Positions 10,056 to 20,385 of a DNA stretch of 64,000 nucleotides are shown piece by piece (the stretch's first letter is position 1; every line of letters starts with the position of its first letter). A program made the translations under genes and the position numbers. Under the pieces are notes generated by a model that did no database searches, was not told the DNA's origin, and saw nothing but the letters and a program-made list of their open reading frames with translations. This stretch comes from Alphaproteobacteria bacterium (GTDB taxonomy: Bacteria; Pseudomonadota; Alphaproteobacteria; UBA828), in the NCBI GenBank assembly GCA_965221125.1, contig CBDCRW010000004.1:480001-544000 (forward strand), read 5' to 3'.

Positions 10056-10931
10056 ATGAGCGACCGGGCGCAGCACAGGATGGCGGCCACCATCGACGAC
10101 CAGATCGGCCACGGCGGCGCGCTCTTCCTGCGCCGCATGTCGTCGTGGCGGCTCTGGACCGGGATCGCCAAGTGGCTCGGGCTGATCGTCATCCTGCTGA
10201 TGTATATCCCGCTGGTCTGGCTCGCGGTGATGTCCTTCAGCGGCCGGCCGCTCTCGGGTATCCCCTACCCGCTCACCATGGAGCACTACGACGAGCTCAT
10301 GGGCGCGTTCAACAAGTGGGGCGAGCCGCTCTACGAGAGCATCGCCATGGGCGTGGTCGTCGGCATCGTCTGCATGATCGTGGCGACCGCCGTGGGGCGC
10401 GCGATGCCGCGCATGCGCAAGCCCGGCGGGGTCATCCTGGTCGCGCTCATTCCTCTCTTCGTGCCCGGGCTCACCATGGGGGCCGCGCTCTTCATCTCCA
10501 TCCGCTCCTTCCTCGATCTCCGGCTTGGGCTCTGGTCGATCTTCGTCGGCCACATGGTGTGGTCGCTGCCGTTCTCGCTGCTGCTCGTGCTGATCATCGC
10601 GACCCGCTTCGACCACCGCCTGCTGGAGGCGGCGCAGGATCTCGGCGCCACCGGCTGGCGCCGCTTCTGGGACATCGAGTTCCCGATCCTCCGCCCCGGC
10701 ATCATCGGCGCCGGCATCTTCGGCTTCCTGCTCTCCTTCAACGAGCTGCTGCGCTCGATCTTCCTGCGGGGCTCCGAGACGACGATGCCGATCTACAACT
10801 GGACCATGACGGCCTCGCACCAGTCGCAGGTGCCGATCATCTTCTCGCTGTCGACGATCATCCTGGGCGTGACGCTGCCGATCCTCGGCGCCTTCTTCTG
10901 GCTGCTCTTCGCGAAGCTCGACCGCAGCTGA
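10056..10931 (+). CDS. ABC transporter permease (PotC-like)
   Basis: EAAQDLGAT, FLLSFNE, TMPI motifs. Confidence 0.88.
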   Translation: MSDRAQHRMAATIDDQIGHGGALFLRRMSSWRLWTGIAKWLGLIVILLMYIPLVWLAVMSFSGRPLSGIPYPLTMEHYDELMGAFNKWGEPLYESIAMGVVVGIVCMIVATAVGRAMPRMRKPGGVILVALIPLFVPGLTMGAALFISIRSFLDLRLGLWSIFVGHMVWSLPFSLLLVLIIATRFDHRLLEAAQDLGATGWRRFWDIEFPILRPGIIGAGIFGFLLSFNELLRSIFLRGSETTMPIYNWTMTASHQSQVPIIFSLSTIILGVTLPILGAFFWLLFAKLDRS

Positions 10932-10961
10932 GCCGCAACGCTCGCCGCCCGTGAAGCATGC

Positions 10962-10990
10962 TTGCGAGCGCCGGGCGATTTGGATAGGGT
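10962..10990 (+). promoter_or_regulatory. putative tRNA promoter
   Basis: TTGCGA-N17-TAGGGT followed by a GC-rich discriminator. Confidence 0.35.
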
Positions 10991-11027
10991 CCGCCGCGTG
11001 GCCGGCGCCGGGCGCCGCGCTACCCGC

Positions 11028-11104
11028 GCGCTCGTAGCTCAGCTGGATAGAGCACCAGACTACGAATCTGGGGGTCGGGGGTTCGAATCCTCCCGAGCGC
11101 GCCA
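11028..11104 (+). tRNA. tRNA-Arg (ACG)
   Basis: Acceptor stem GCGCTCG/CGAGCGC, anticodon arm CCAGA-CTACGAA-TCTGG, GTTCGAATC T-loop, encoded CCA. Confidence 0.97.
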
Positions 11105-11132
11105 TCCCATTCCTGCAGCTCCGCTGACGTGC

Positions 11133-11172
11133 CGGCCGTCCTGCGATTCCGCGCGCCTGCTGGCGCGACGGC
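11133..11172 (+). repeat. fragment of the dispersed multi-hairpin repeat
   Basis: cggccgtcctgcgattccgcgcgcctgctggcgcgacggc nearly matches 35782-35821. Confidence 0.7.
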
Positions 11173-11182
11173 GGCTTGCGCG

Positions 11183-12178
11183 TCAGGCGAAGTGGCAGGC
11201 GCCGTGGTGGCCGGGGGCAAGCGCGCGAAAGGCCGGCTTCTGCTCGCGGCAGATGGCCTCGGCGCGCGGGCAGCGCGGATGGAAGCGGCAGCCCGACGGC
11301 GGGTCGATCGGGCTCGGGATCTCGCCCTCGATCGGCACCAGCGTGCGCCGGCGCCTCGTCGTGGGCTCGGGGATCGCCGCCAGCAGCGCCTGCGTGTAGG
11401 GGTGGCGCGGCTCGCGGAAGAGCACCGCAGTCTCCGCCAGCTCCACCATCTCGCCGAGATACATCACGCCCACCCGGTCGCAGACGAAGCGGACGACGGA
11501 GAGGTCGTGCGAGATGAAGAGGATGCTGAGCGCGTAGCGGCGCTGGATCGCCTGCAGCATGTTGAGGATCTGCGCCTGCACCGAAACGTCGAGCGCGGAC
11601 ACGGGCTCGTCGGCCACCAACAGCTTGGGATCGAGCGCGAGCGCGCGGGCGAGGCCGATGCGCTGGCGCTGCCCGCCGCTGAACTGGTGCGGATAGCGCT
11701 GCGCGTGGCTGGGGTCGAGGCCCACCGCATCGAGCAGCTCGCTCACCCGCTGCCTGAGCGCGCGGCGCGCCACCACGCGGTGGGTGACGAGCGGCTCGGC
11801 CACGATGTGGAACACCGACCAGCGCGGGTCGAGCGAGGCGTAGGGGTTCTGAAAGATCATCTGCACGTCGCGGCGGCGGCGGCGGAGCGCGTCGCCCGAG
11901 AATGCGAGCCAGTCCTCGCCGTCGAGGATGACCTTCCCCGCGCTCGCCGGGATCAGGCGGGCGATGACCTTGCCGGTGGTCGACTTGCCGCTGCCGCTCT
12001 CTCCCACCAGGCCGAAGGTCTCCTCGCGCCCGATGGTGAAGGTGAGCCCGTCGACGGCGTGGACCACGCGGCGCTTGCCGAGCAGCGTCTCCGCCATGTC
12101 ACGGCGGACCGGGAAGTGCTTGGTGAGGCCGTCGACCTCCAGCAGGGGCGCGGTTGTCGGCTCGGACAAAACGGTCAC
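11183..12178 (-). CDS. oligopeptide/dipeptide ABC transporter ATP-binding protein (DppF/OppF)
   Basis: [27 protein letters not shown]-terminal CRFHPRC; GTG start overlapping the upstream stop. Confidence 0.92.
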   Translation of the reverse strand: MTVLSEPTTAPLLEVDGLTKHFPVRRDMAETLLGKRRVVHAVDGLTFTIGREETFGLVGESGSGKSTTGKVIARLIPASAGKVILDGEDWLAFSGDALRRRRRDVQMIFQNPYASLDPRWSVFHIVAEPLVTHRVVARRALRQRVSELLDAVGLDPSHAQRYPHQFSGGQRQRIGLARALALDPKLLVADEPVSALDVSVQAQILNMLQAIQRRYALSILFISHDLSVVRFVCDRVGVMYLGEMVELAETAVLFREPRHPYTQALLAAIPEPTTRRRRTLVPIEGEIPSPIDPPSGCRFHPRCPRAEAICREQKPAFRALAPGHHGACHFA

Positions 12179-13155
12179 GGGCCGGCCTCCGCGTAGAGGT
12201 GGCAGGCCGCAGCATGGCCGCCGTCCACGGCGAGCAAGTCCGGCCGCGCCGTGCGGCAGAGATCGTGCACGTGGGCGCAGCGCGGATTGAACTTGCAGCC
12301 GGGCGGCGGGCGGATCGGGTCCGCCACGACGCCGGGGATCGGGTTGAGAGTCTGGCCCTCCACGTCGAGGCGCGGGATCGATTCGATCAGGCCGACGGTG
12401 TAAGGGTGCCGGGGGTTCTCCAGCACCTCCTCGGTCGTGCCCGCCTCGACGATGGTGCCGGCGTACATGACGCAGACGCGCTCGCACATCTGGGCGACGA
12501 CGCCGAGGTCGTGGCTGATGAGGATGATCGAGGTGTTGGCCTCGCTCTCCTGCAGGCGCTTCAGCAGCGCGAGAATCTGCATCTGCACCGTGACGTCGAG
12601 CGCCGTGGTGGGCTCGTCGGCGATCACCAGCGCCGGATGCAGGATCAGGGCCGCGGCGATGATCACGCGCTGCTGCATGCCGCCCGAGAACTCGTGCGGG
12701 TAGTCGCGGTAGCGCTCGTGCGGCCGGGGAATGCCGACGTTGTCCAGCATCTCGATCACGCGCTCCCGCGCCGCCCGCGCGCCGATGCGCTCGTGGTAGC
12801 GGAACATCTCGGCGATCTGGTCGCCGATGGGCAGCACCGGGTTGAGCGTCGTGATCGGGTCCTGGAAGATCATCGAGATGCGGGCACCCCGGATGCGCCG
12901 CATCTCCTCCGGCGTCTTGTCCAGCAGGTTCTCGCCCTCGAAGACGATCTCGCCGCCGGCGATGTGGCCGGGCGGCTCGATCAGGCCGATGATCGAGTGA
13001 CCCGTGGCCGACTTGCCGCAGCCGCTCTCGCCGACGAGGCCGAGCGTCTCGCCCCGGCCGACACGGAAGCTCACGTCGTCCACCGCGTGCACGGTGCCGC
13101 GCTTGGTTGCGAAGTTCGTGACCAGCCCCCGGACATCGAGCAGCGCGTCCGCCAT
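12175..13155 (-). CDS. oligopeptide/dipeptide ABC transporter ATP-binding protein (DppD/OppD)
   Basis: [28 protein letters not shown]. Confidence 0.92.
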   Translation of the reverse strand: MADALLDVRGLVTNFATKRGTVHAVDDVSFRVGRGETLGLVGESGCGKSATGHSIIGLIEPPGHIAGGEIVFEGENLLDKTPEEMRRIRGARISMIFQDPITTLNPVLPIGDQIAEMFRYHERIGARAARERVIEMLDNVGIPRPHERYRDYPHEFSGGMQQRVIIAAALILHPALVIADEPTTALDVTVQMQILALLKRLQESEANTSIILISHDLGVVAQMCERVCVMYAGTIVEAGTTEEVLENPRHPYTVGLIESIPRLDVEGQTLNPIPGVVADPIRPPPGCKFNPRCAHVHDLCRTARPDLLAVDGGHAAACHLYAEAGP

Positions 13156-13163
13156 CGCCCGCC

Positions 13164-14093
13164 TCACAAGCCCGCCAGCCTGGGGTCGTAGGTGTCGCGC
13201 AGGAAGTCGCCGAAGAGGTTGATGGCGACGGCGGTGATCAGGATCGCGAGCCCCGGCCCCAGCGTCATCCACAGGCTCTCGAACATGTAGTTGCGCCCGT
13301 CCGAGATCATCACGCCCCAGGACGGCGTCGGCGGCTGGATGCCGAGGCCGAGGAAGCTCAGCGCCGCCTCGAAGATGATGACGAAGGCGATGTCGAGCGT
13401 CGCCATCACGATGATGGACGGCAGCACGTTGGGTACCACGTGGCGCAGGATGATGATGCTGTGGCGGACGCCAATGGAGCGCGCGGCCTGGATGAACTCC
13501 AGCTCGCGCAGCTTGAGCGTCTCGCCGCGCACGAGGCGCGCGTAGTTGACCCAGATCGCGACGGCGAGCGCGATCACCAGGCTGGTGAAGCCCGGTCCGA
13601 AGATCGCCATGAAGATGATGGCGAGCAGGATGAAGGGGAAGGAGAGCTGGAAGTCCGTGAGCCGCATGATGAAGCTGTCGACCAGCCCACCGAAGTAGCC
13701 GGCGATGGCGCCCAAGGCCGAGCCCACCACCAGCGCCAGCATCACCACGAAGGCGCCGACCGCCACGGACGTCTGCGTGCCCAGGATCACGCGGGAGAAG
13801 ATGTCGCGGCCGAGGTTGTCCGCGCCCAGGAAGTGCGGCCACTCGCCGCCCGCGAAGACCGGCGGCATGAAGCGGTTCTTGATGATCTGCTCGGTGGGGT
13901 CCGCCGGCAGCAGCAGGGGGGCGAAGATCGCGACGATGACGATGACCGCCATGCAGACGAAGCCGGTCATCCCCTTGGGGCTGGCCCGGAGCTCCTGGAA
14001 GAAGCGCCGGAGCGGCGGCACGTGATCGTCGAGCGGCGCGTCCGCGCGCGCCTCGGGCATGCCCTTTGCCTCGCCCGGCTCAAGCGCGGTCAT
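13164..14093 (-). CDS. peptide ABC transporter permease (DppC/OppC)
   Basis: [26 protein letters not shown]. Confidence 0.92.
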   Translation of the reverse strand: MTALEPGEAKGMPEARADAPLDDHVPPLRRFFQELRASPKGMTGFVCMAVIVIVAIFAPLLLPADPTEQIIKNRFMPPVFAGGEWPHFLGADNLGRDIFSRVILGTQTSVAVGAFVVMLALVVGSALGAIAGYFGGLVDSFIMRLTDFQLSFPFILLAIIFMAIFGPGFTSLVIALAVAIWVNYARLVRGETLKLRELEFIQAARSIGVRHSIIILRHVVPNVLPSIIVMATLDIAFVIIFEAALSFLGLGIQPPTPSWGVMISDGRNYMFESLWMTLGPGLAILITAVAINLFGDFLRDTYDPRLAGL

Positions 14094-15075
14094 AGCGGAT
14101 CCTCGGGTCGACCATGCGGTAGATCACGTCGATGCCGATGTTGATGAGCACGAAGAGGCCGCCGATCACCACCACGATGCCCTGGATGATCGGGTAGTCG
14201 CGCCAGAAGATCGCCTGCACCGCGAGCCGGCCCACGCCCGGCCAGGCGAAGACGTTCTCGATCACGAAAGTGCCGCCCAGCAGGTAGCCGAGCTGCAGGC
14301 CCAGGATCGTGATGGTCGGGATCATCGCGTTGCGGAAGGCGTGGCGGATGTAGACCGCGCGATTCGGCAGCCCCTTGGCGCGGGCGAACTGCACGTAGTC
14401 CTGGCGCAGCGCCTCCAGCATGGCCGACCGCGTGAGCCGCGCGTTCCACGCCGTGATCGAGAGCGCGAGCGCCACCGACGGCAGCAGCAGGTAGCGAAAG
14501 CTCTTCCAGAAGACGCCGGCATCGCCCTCCACGACCGCGTTGTAGGCGGCGGTCAGGATGAACTCGCCGCGGCCCGACGCCGGCAGCCAGCGCAGGTCCA
14601 CCGCGAAGATGATGATGAGCAGGATCCCCAGCACGAAGCTCGGAATCGAGACGCCGAGGATCGCGACCACGGTGCCGGAGTAGTCGACCATCGAGCCCCG
14701 CCTGAGCGCCGTCACGACGCCCAAGGGAAGCGCGATCAGCATCGCGATGATCATCGAGAAGACCGTGAGCTCCAGCGTCGCCGGCAGGCGCTCGGCGATG
14801 AGCTGGGTCACGGGCACGCGGAAGCGGATGGACTGGCCGAGATCGCCCTGCACGGCGCCGGTGAGATAGGACGCGAATTGCTCGAGCGCCGGCCGCGTCA
14901 GGCCGAGCTGGGCGCGCAGCTTGTCCTTCTGCTCCTCGGTGATGCCGGGGTTGCCGGCCGCCATCACGTCGACGGGATCGCCGGGGATCACCTTGACGAT
15001 GAGCGAGACGACGAAGACCACCACCACGATGACGATGACGGCATGGACCAGCCGCTGGAGCAGGTATGACGGCAT
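14080..15075 (-). CDS. peptide ABC transporter permease (DppB/OppB)
   Basis: PGDP, GDLGQS, ARAKGL, ENVFAWPGVG, RDYP. Confidence 0.92.
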   Translation of the reverse strand: MPSYLLQRLVHAVIVIVVVVFVVSLIVKVIPGDPVDVMAAGNPGITEEQKDKLRAQLGLTRPALEQFASYLTGAVQGDLGQSIRFRVPVTQLIAERLPATLELTVFSMIIAMLIALPLGVVTALRRGSMVDYSGTVVAILGVSIPSFVLGILLIIIFAVDLRWLPASGRGEFILTAAYNAVVEGDAGVFWKSFRYLLLPSVALALSITAWNARLTRSAMLEALRQDYVQFARAKGLPNRAVYIRHAFRNAMIPTITILGLQLGYLLGGTFVIENVFAWPGVGRLAVQAIFWRDYPIIQGIVVVIGGLFVLINIGIDVIYRMVDPRIRYDRA

Positions 15076-15129
15076 GGGCAGGGCCCGCCGCGGCCCCTCA
15101 GCGACCGCGGCGGGTCAACGAATCGTACC

Positions 15130-16789
15130 CTACTCTTCGAGCCATATCTCCTGGAGGTGGTGGAAGCCCACGACGTTGAGCGTGACTCCGTGCACCTCTT
15201 CTCTCATGGCTGCGACGTACTTCCCTTCGTAGAGGATGGCCGAGTAGGCCATGCCGACGTAGCGCTCCTGAACCTTCTGCCAGAGCGCCTTGCGCTCCGC
15301 AGCGTCGAATATGTAGCGCTGGTCGGAGAGCATCTGGTCGAGCTCGGCATCCTCCGTGAACGACCAGTTGAAGGGCGTGGCCGTGCCCAGCATGTTGAAC
15401 AGGATGTCCGGATCCGAATAGGTGTACCAGATTATGGCCATGTCCTGATCGCCCTTCTGCGCGAGCGGGATGTACTCGGCGACAGGGAAGGCCTGGATGG
15501 AGACATTGATGCCGATCTTCGCCAGGTCCTCCTGCACGACCTCCGCGATGCGGCGGAACATCTCGGACGCCACCGTGTAGAACAGGACATCGATGCCATC
15601 GCCGTGGCCCGCCTCCTCCACGAGCTGCCGCGCCTTCTCGGGATCGTGGGGGTAGCCGAGGTCAGCCGAGCCCTCGAAATACTGCGGGAAGGAGGTCGCC
15701 ACCGGGCTGTGCGCGGTCGCGGCCTGGCCGTCCATCACCAGCGCAATGATCTTCTCGCGGTCGATGGCGTAGTTGACCGCCTTTCGCAGCCGCTCGTCCG
15801 CGAACGCCTTCTTGTTGTTAAGGTTGATGAAGTGCACACCGGCCGAGAGCCGCGTGAAGGTCTTCAGCCCCGGCGTCTGTCCGAGTTGGCGCACCTTGTC
15901 GAGCGGCAGGGCCTCGTCGCCCGAAATCATGTCGATGTCGCCCGAGCGCAAGGCGGCGAGCCGCGTCGCCTCCTCGGGAATCACCACGTACTCGACGCTG
16001 TCGAGGTAGGCCTTGCCCTGATTGTTGTACCAGGGCGTCGCCCAGTCGTGCTCCTCGTTGCGCTCCAGGCGAATGCCCTGATCGGGCCGCCAGCTCACGA
16101 ACTTGAACGGGCCGGTGCCGACCGGATTGCGGCCGTAGAGATCGCCGTGCTTCTTGGCCGCCGTCGGGCTGATGGGCGCGCAATAGGAGTAGCTGAGACC
16201 CACCCATAGCGGCACGAAGGGCTCGGTGTAGTGGTAGGCGACGGTGAGATCGTCGATCACCTCCACCCGGTCGAGCGGCCCCAGCAGGAACGCATTGGGC
16301 GAGGCCGTCTCCGGCGCGACATGCCGGTCCGCCGTGAACTTCATCGCCTCGGCGTTGAGCGGCGTGCCGTCGTGGAAATTCAGGCCCGGCCGCAGCTTGA
16401 AGGTGACGGTGAGGTTGTCGTTGGAGAACGCCCAGCTCTCGGCAGCCCCCGGATAGACGTTGCCGCTCGCGTCCAGGTAGATCAGCGAGTCGTAGATCTG
16501 CCACATGATCTCGTGGCTCACGAGCAGGAACGTCTTGTGCGGGTCAAGAGTGTCCGAATCCTGCGCGCGGCCGATCCTCAGGTGGCCGCCCGCTTGCTGC
16601 GCCTGTGCCGCCCGCTTGCTGCGCCTGTGCCGCCCGCGTGCCGAACCCTGCAAGCGCGAGGCCGCCCGCTGCAGCGGCCGATTGCAGGAACCCGCGGCGG
16701 GAAAGCGCCCAGTTCCGCGCATAGTCGTAGGTCTGTTGCTCGAAGGATTTCGCAACGGTGGTATCGGATGGTGACCGCTTGCTTGCCAT
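15130..16789 (-). pseudogene. family 5 ABC substrate-binding protein, frameshifted by a 22-bp duplication
   Basis: The Tat signal (MASK...SRRGFLQ) and the mature domain (LRIGRAQDSDTLDP, GTGPFKF) are in different frames; removing one 22-bp unit leaves 1638 nt in one frame. Confidence 0.85.
16585..16637. repeat. 22-bp tandem duplication
   Basis: gccgcccgcttgctgcgcctgt twice (16585-16628) plus a 9-nt partial third copy. Confidence 0.95.
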
Positions 16790-16852
16790 CGTTTCCTCCC
16801 TATGGCGTGCGTTGAAGGGCCCTTTCTTGTTGTTGCGAACCATCTCGCTGCT

Positions 16853-16887
16853 TGTCGGGGGGGGGGGCCGCAGGCCGCCCCCCAACA
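16853..16887 (-). terminator. GC-rich intercistronic stem-loop
   Basis: Inverted G-run/C-run around ggccgcaggcc just after the upstream SBP stop; contains a G11 homopolymer. Confidence 0.4.
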
Positions 16888-16895
16888 CGCAGAAC

Positions 16896-18539
16896 TCAGA
16901 CGTCGAGCCAGACGTCCTGCAGGTGGTGGAAGCCCACGAGGTTGAGCTCCAGCCCCTGCACCTCCTCCTTCATCGCGGCGACGTAGGTGCCCTCATAGAG
17001 GTAGAGCCAGTAGGCGTCCTTCACCGCGACCTCCTGGATCTGGCGGATCTGCTCCGCGCGCTTCTCCGCGTCGAACTCGATGCGCTGGGCTTCGATCAGG
17101 ACATCCAGATCGGCGTTCTCCGAGAAGGTCCAGTTGAGCCCGGCCCCGGTCAGCATCATGGGGTAGATCAGGTCGGGGTCGCTGTAGGTGTAGTAGAAGA
17201 AACTCGTGTGGAACTTGCCCTGGCCGCCCAAGGCGAACCACTCGGCCACCGGGTAGGACTGGATCTCCATCGAGACGTTGATCTGCGAGAGGTCCTCCTG
17301 GATCACCTCCGCGACCCGCCGGAAGATCGGGCTCTCGATGTTGAGGTAGCTCATGGTGAAGCCGTCCGCGAGCCCGGCTTCGGCCATGAGCGCCTTGGCC
17401 TTCTCCAGGTCGTGGCGGAAGCCGTAGGTCTCGGTCTCCGGGTTGTATTGGGCGTAGGACGACGCCACCGGGCTGAAGGCGGGCTGGCCCTGGCCGTCGA
17501 GGACCAGCGCGATGATCTTGTCGCGGTTGACCGCGTAGTTGAGCGCCTGGCGCACGCGCACGTCGTCAAGCGGCGCCATCTTGTGGTTGAACATGGCGAA
17601 GAAGACGCCGACGGCGGGCCGGCTGTAAATCTTGTAGCCCTCCGTCGCCTCGATCTGGCGCAGCTTGTCCACCGGCACCGCCTCGGTGCCCGAGATGCAG
17701 TCCACGTCGCCGCTGAGCAGCGCCGCGAGGCGGGTCGCATCCTCCGGGATCACCACGTATTCGACCCGCTCGAGATAGGCCTTGCCCTCGTTGCTGTACC
17801 AGGGCGTGGCCCAGTTGTGCTCGTCGTTGCGCACGAGCTCGATGCCCTGGTCCGGGTCCCAGCGCACGAACTTGAAGGGCCCCGTGCCGCTGGGATTGCG
17901 GCCGAAGGCATCGCCTCGTTCCTCGACGGCCGCCTTGCTGATGGGCGCGCAGTAGGAATACCCGAGCCCCACCCAGAGCGGCACGAAGGGATCGGTGTAG
18001 TGATAGGCGATCGTCATGTCGTCGATCACCTCGGTGCCTTCGATGGGGCCCAGCATCCACGAGGTGGGGGACGCCGTGGTCTCGGCGCGGTGGCGCTCCA
18101 CGGTCCAGCGCACGACCTCGGCGTTGAAGGGCGAGCCGTCGTGGAAGTTGACGCCTTCGCGCAGCTTGAAGGTGACCGTCTTGCCCTCGTTGGAGAACTC
18201 CCAGCTGGTGGCGAGGCCCGGATAGACCGTGCCTGCCTCGTCCAGGTAAATCAGCGAATCGTAGATCTGCCATGCGATCTCGTGGGCGACGAGCAGGGTG
18301 GTCTTCTGCGGGTCGAGGGTGTCGGACTCCTGCCCGCGCGCGATGCGGAGCGTGCCCCCCGGCTTGGCGGCATTCGCGCTCGGAATGCTGAGGCCGGCGA
18401 ACGCTGCCGTGCCGCCCAGCGCCGCGCCGGCCTTGAGGAAATCGCGCCTGTTCATCTGCGCCCAGGCGCGCGCGTAGGCATATGTCTTCTCCTCGAAGGT
18501 CATCTCTTCGATGGGCTTCTTGTCGTGCGTGTCCGTCAT
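16896..18539 (-). CDS. family 5 ABC substrate-binding protein, Tat-exported
   Basis: NRRDFLK Tat motif; LREGVNFHDGSP; GTGPFKF; paralog of the downstream frameshifted gene. Confidence 0.92.
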   Translation of the reverse strand: MTDTHDKKPIEEMTFEEKTYAYARAWAQMNRRDFLKAGAALGGTAAFAGLSIPSANAAKPGGTLRIARGQESDTLDPQKTTLLVAHEIAWQIYDSLIYLDEAGTVYPGLATSWEFSNEGKTVTFKLREGVNFHDGSPFNAEVVRWTVERHRAETTASPTSWMLGPIEGTEVIDDMTIAYHYTDPFVPLWVGLGYSYCAPISKAAVEERGDAFGRNPSGTGPFKFVRWDPDQGIELVRNDEHNWATPWYSNEGKAYLERVEYVVIPEDATRLAALLSGDVDCISGTEAVPVDKLRQIEATEGYKIYSRPAVGVFFAMFNHKMAPLDDVRVRQALNYAVNRDKIIALVLDGQGQPAFSPVASSYAQYNPETETYGFRHDLEKAKALMAEAGLADGFTMSYLNIESPIFRRVAEVIQEDLSQINVSMEIQSYPVAEWFALGGQGKFHTSFFYYTYSDPDLIYPMMLTGAGLNWTFSENADLDVLIEAQRIEFDAEKRAEQIRQIQEVAVKDAYWLYLYEGTYVAAMKEEVQGLELNLVGFHHLQDVWLDV

Positions 18540-18653
18540 CTCCCCGTCTCCCTATCTTGCTTCGTGTTTGTTGGTTGGAAGTAGCGTAACCCGGATTACT
18601 CGCCACGGTCACGGCCGAAGCCGGCGATCCGGCCCTTTGTGATCGGCGGGCGG

Positions 18654-19763
18654 TCACACCTCCACCCGCACGGCGCCGGCCGCGAGGGGCGCGAGGCGTG
18701 CGGGATCGAAGGGCGCGAGGTCGACGGTGCTGGCCTCTCCGTCGGCGATCAGCTCCGCGACCGCCTCGCCCGTGGCCGGGCCGTTCAGCATCCCCCACAC
18801 CGAGTGGGCCGTCGCCACGTAGGCGCCCGCAGCGCCTGGAACGGCGCCGATGAGCGGCAGCCCGTCCTCGACCACAGGGCGGTAGCAGGCCTGCTCGGCC
18901 AACACCTCGGCGCTGCCCAGCGCCGGCGCGAACTGCGCCGTCATGGCGCGGAGCCTGTCGCAGCCGCCCTCGTCCGGCACTACCGCGGCGGGGTCCACCG
19001 GCAGCGGCTGCTCGCTGGAAAGGCCGCAGACGTAGGTGGTGCCATCGGGCCGGGGCATCACCTCGGGCGAGGCGAGGATGCCGCCCTCGGCCTCCAGCTC
19101 CACGAAGAGCGCGTTGGGCACGGGCTCCGGCGCATAGCGGAAGACCAGGCTGTGGCCCTTCAGGCCGTAAATCGCCGGGAGCGGCAGCCAGTTGCTCGCG
19201 AGGACCGACCAGGGGCCCATGGCGATGACGACCGCATCGCCCGCCATCTCGTGCCCGTCCACCACGACGCCCCGCACGGCGCCATCGGCCTCCCGCGCCA
19301 CGCCGCTGACGGTGCCGATGGTCACCCGCGCGCCTTCGCTGAGCGCCGCCCGCATCATGGCGCCGGTGAACGCGGCGGGGTCGAGCTGGGCCGTGGTCTC
19401 GGCGGTGCCGAGCCTGGCGTGGACCGCCGCGCTGCCCGCGAGCCAGTCCGGCGCCGCGAGCTTGCGATAGAAGCCCACGTCGCGGCGGGCGCTGCTCACG
19501 ACGCCGAGGGTGTCGAGCCTGCGATACCCCCACTCGTCGTCGATGCGCTCGGCAAGCTCCGCGTGGAGCGCGAAGCTGCGCCGCGCCAGCGCCTCGACCG
19601 GCGAGCCGTCGCACCAGTCGAGCGCGAGGAACCCGCCCGACTTGCCGGAGGCCGCATTGGCGATGCCGGTGCGCTCGATCACCGTGCACGCGATGCCGCG
19701 CAGGCTGAGGAAGTAGGCGATCGACGTGCCGATCACGCCGCCACCGCAGATCAGCACCCGCAT
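18654..19763 (-). CDS. FAD-dependent oxidoreductase, D-amino acid oxidase family
   Basis: GGGVIG, AASGKSGGFLA, ACYRP..DGLPLIG, HSVWGMLNGPATG. Confidence 0.85.
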   Translation of the reverse strand: MRVLICGGGVIGTSIAYFLSLRGIACTVIERTGIANAASGKSGGFLALDWCDGSPVEALARRSFALHAELAERIDDEWGYRRLDTLGVVSSARRDVGFYRKLAAPDWLAGSAAVHARLGTAETTAQLDPAAFTGAMMRAALSEGARVTIGTVSGVAREADGAVRGVVVDGHEMAGDAVVIAMGPWSVLASNWLPLPAIYGLKGHSLVFRYAPEPVPNALFVELEAEGGILASPEVMPRPDGTTYVCGLSSEQPLPVDPAAVVPDEGGCDRLRAMTAQFAPALGSAEVLAEQACYRPVVEDGLPLIGAVPGAAGAYVATAHSVWGMLNGPATGEAVAELIADGEASTVDLAPFDPARLAPLAAGAVRVEV

Positions 19764-19922
19764 GCGCGCCTCGCGGTGGCCACTCCTGACCGCATGGTGG
19801 TCGACACGGCGTCTCCAATCGCGTGAGCGACGCTCAGCCTAGCGCCGGCCCGGCAGCGGTTGCAAAGGCAGGCCCCTCGGCTACAGTCGGCGCCCTTTCA
19901 TCCCATGCACGGACGGACGCCC

Positions 19923-20306
19923 ATGCTCACCCGCGCGGAACTGATCGCACTCGTCGAGGACGCCTATTTCGCCAATGTCGACAACAAGAACCTGGAGCCT
20001 GCGGTCGCGTGCTTCGCGGAGGACGCGGAGCTCCGCATCCAGTCGGCGCACGTGAGCCACACCGGCCACGACCAGATCAGGCGCATGTTCAGCGACTTTA
20101 TGGGCGCGACCAAGATCATCTATCACGGCGACTTCACGCACGTCGTCGACGTGGAGCGCCAGTGGATCGCCTCGCAGTTCGTCGCCCGCAACGACTACGA
20201 CGACGGCCGCAACGTGGAGATGCGCAACTGCAACTTCTTCCAGGTCGAGGACGGCCGCTTCAAGCGCGTCACCATCTACATGACCGACGAGAACCCGCTG
20301 GTCTGA
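19923..20306 (+). CDS. NTF2/SnoaL-like protein
   Basis: Small protein with YFANVD, FAEDA, G.DQI...F and EDGRFKRVTIY pattern; start uncertain. Confidence 0.75.
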   Translation: MLTRAELIALVEDAYFANVDNKNLEPAVACFAEDAELRIQSAHVSHTGHDQIRRMFSDFMGATKIIYHGDFTHVVDVERQWIASQFVARNDYDDGRNVEMRNCNFFQVEDGRFKRVTIYMTDENPLV

Positions 20307-20385
20307 TTGGGGCGTTGCCGGGCGGCTTCTTGCGGCATCCGGTGCTATTCGCCAGACTCGGCGCCGAAATCGCGAAGGATAAGGC

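Noticed and set aside
11028-11104. tRNA-Arg as an integration site
   Set aside because: No duplicated tRNA 3' end and no integrase seen in the window.
16857-16867. G11 homopolymer as a phase-variation tract
   Set aside because: Intergenic and part of a hairpin arm; length may be a sequencing error.
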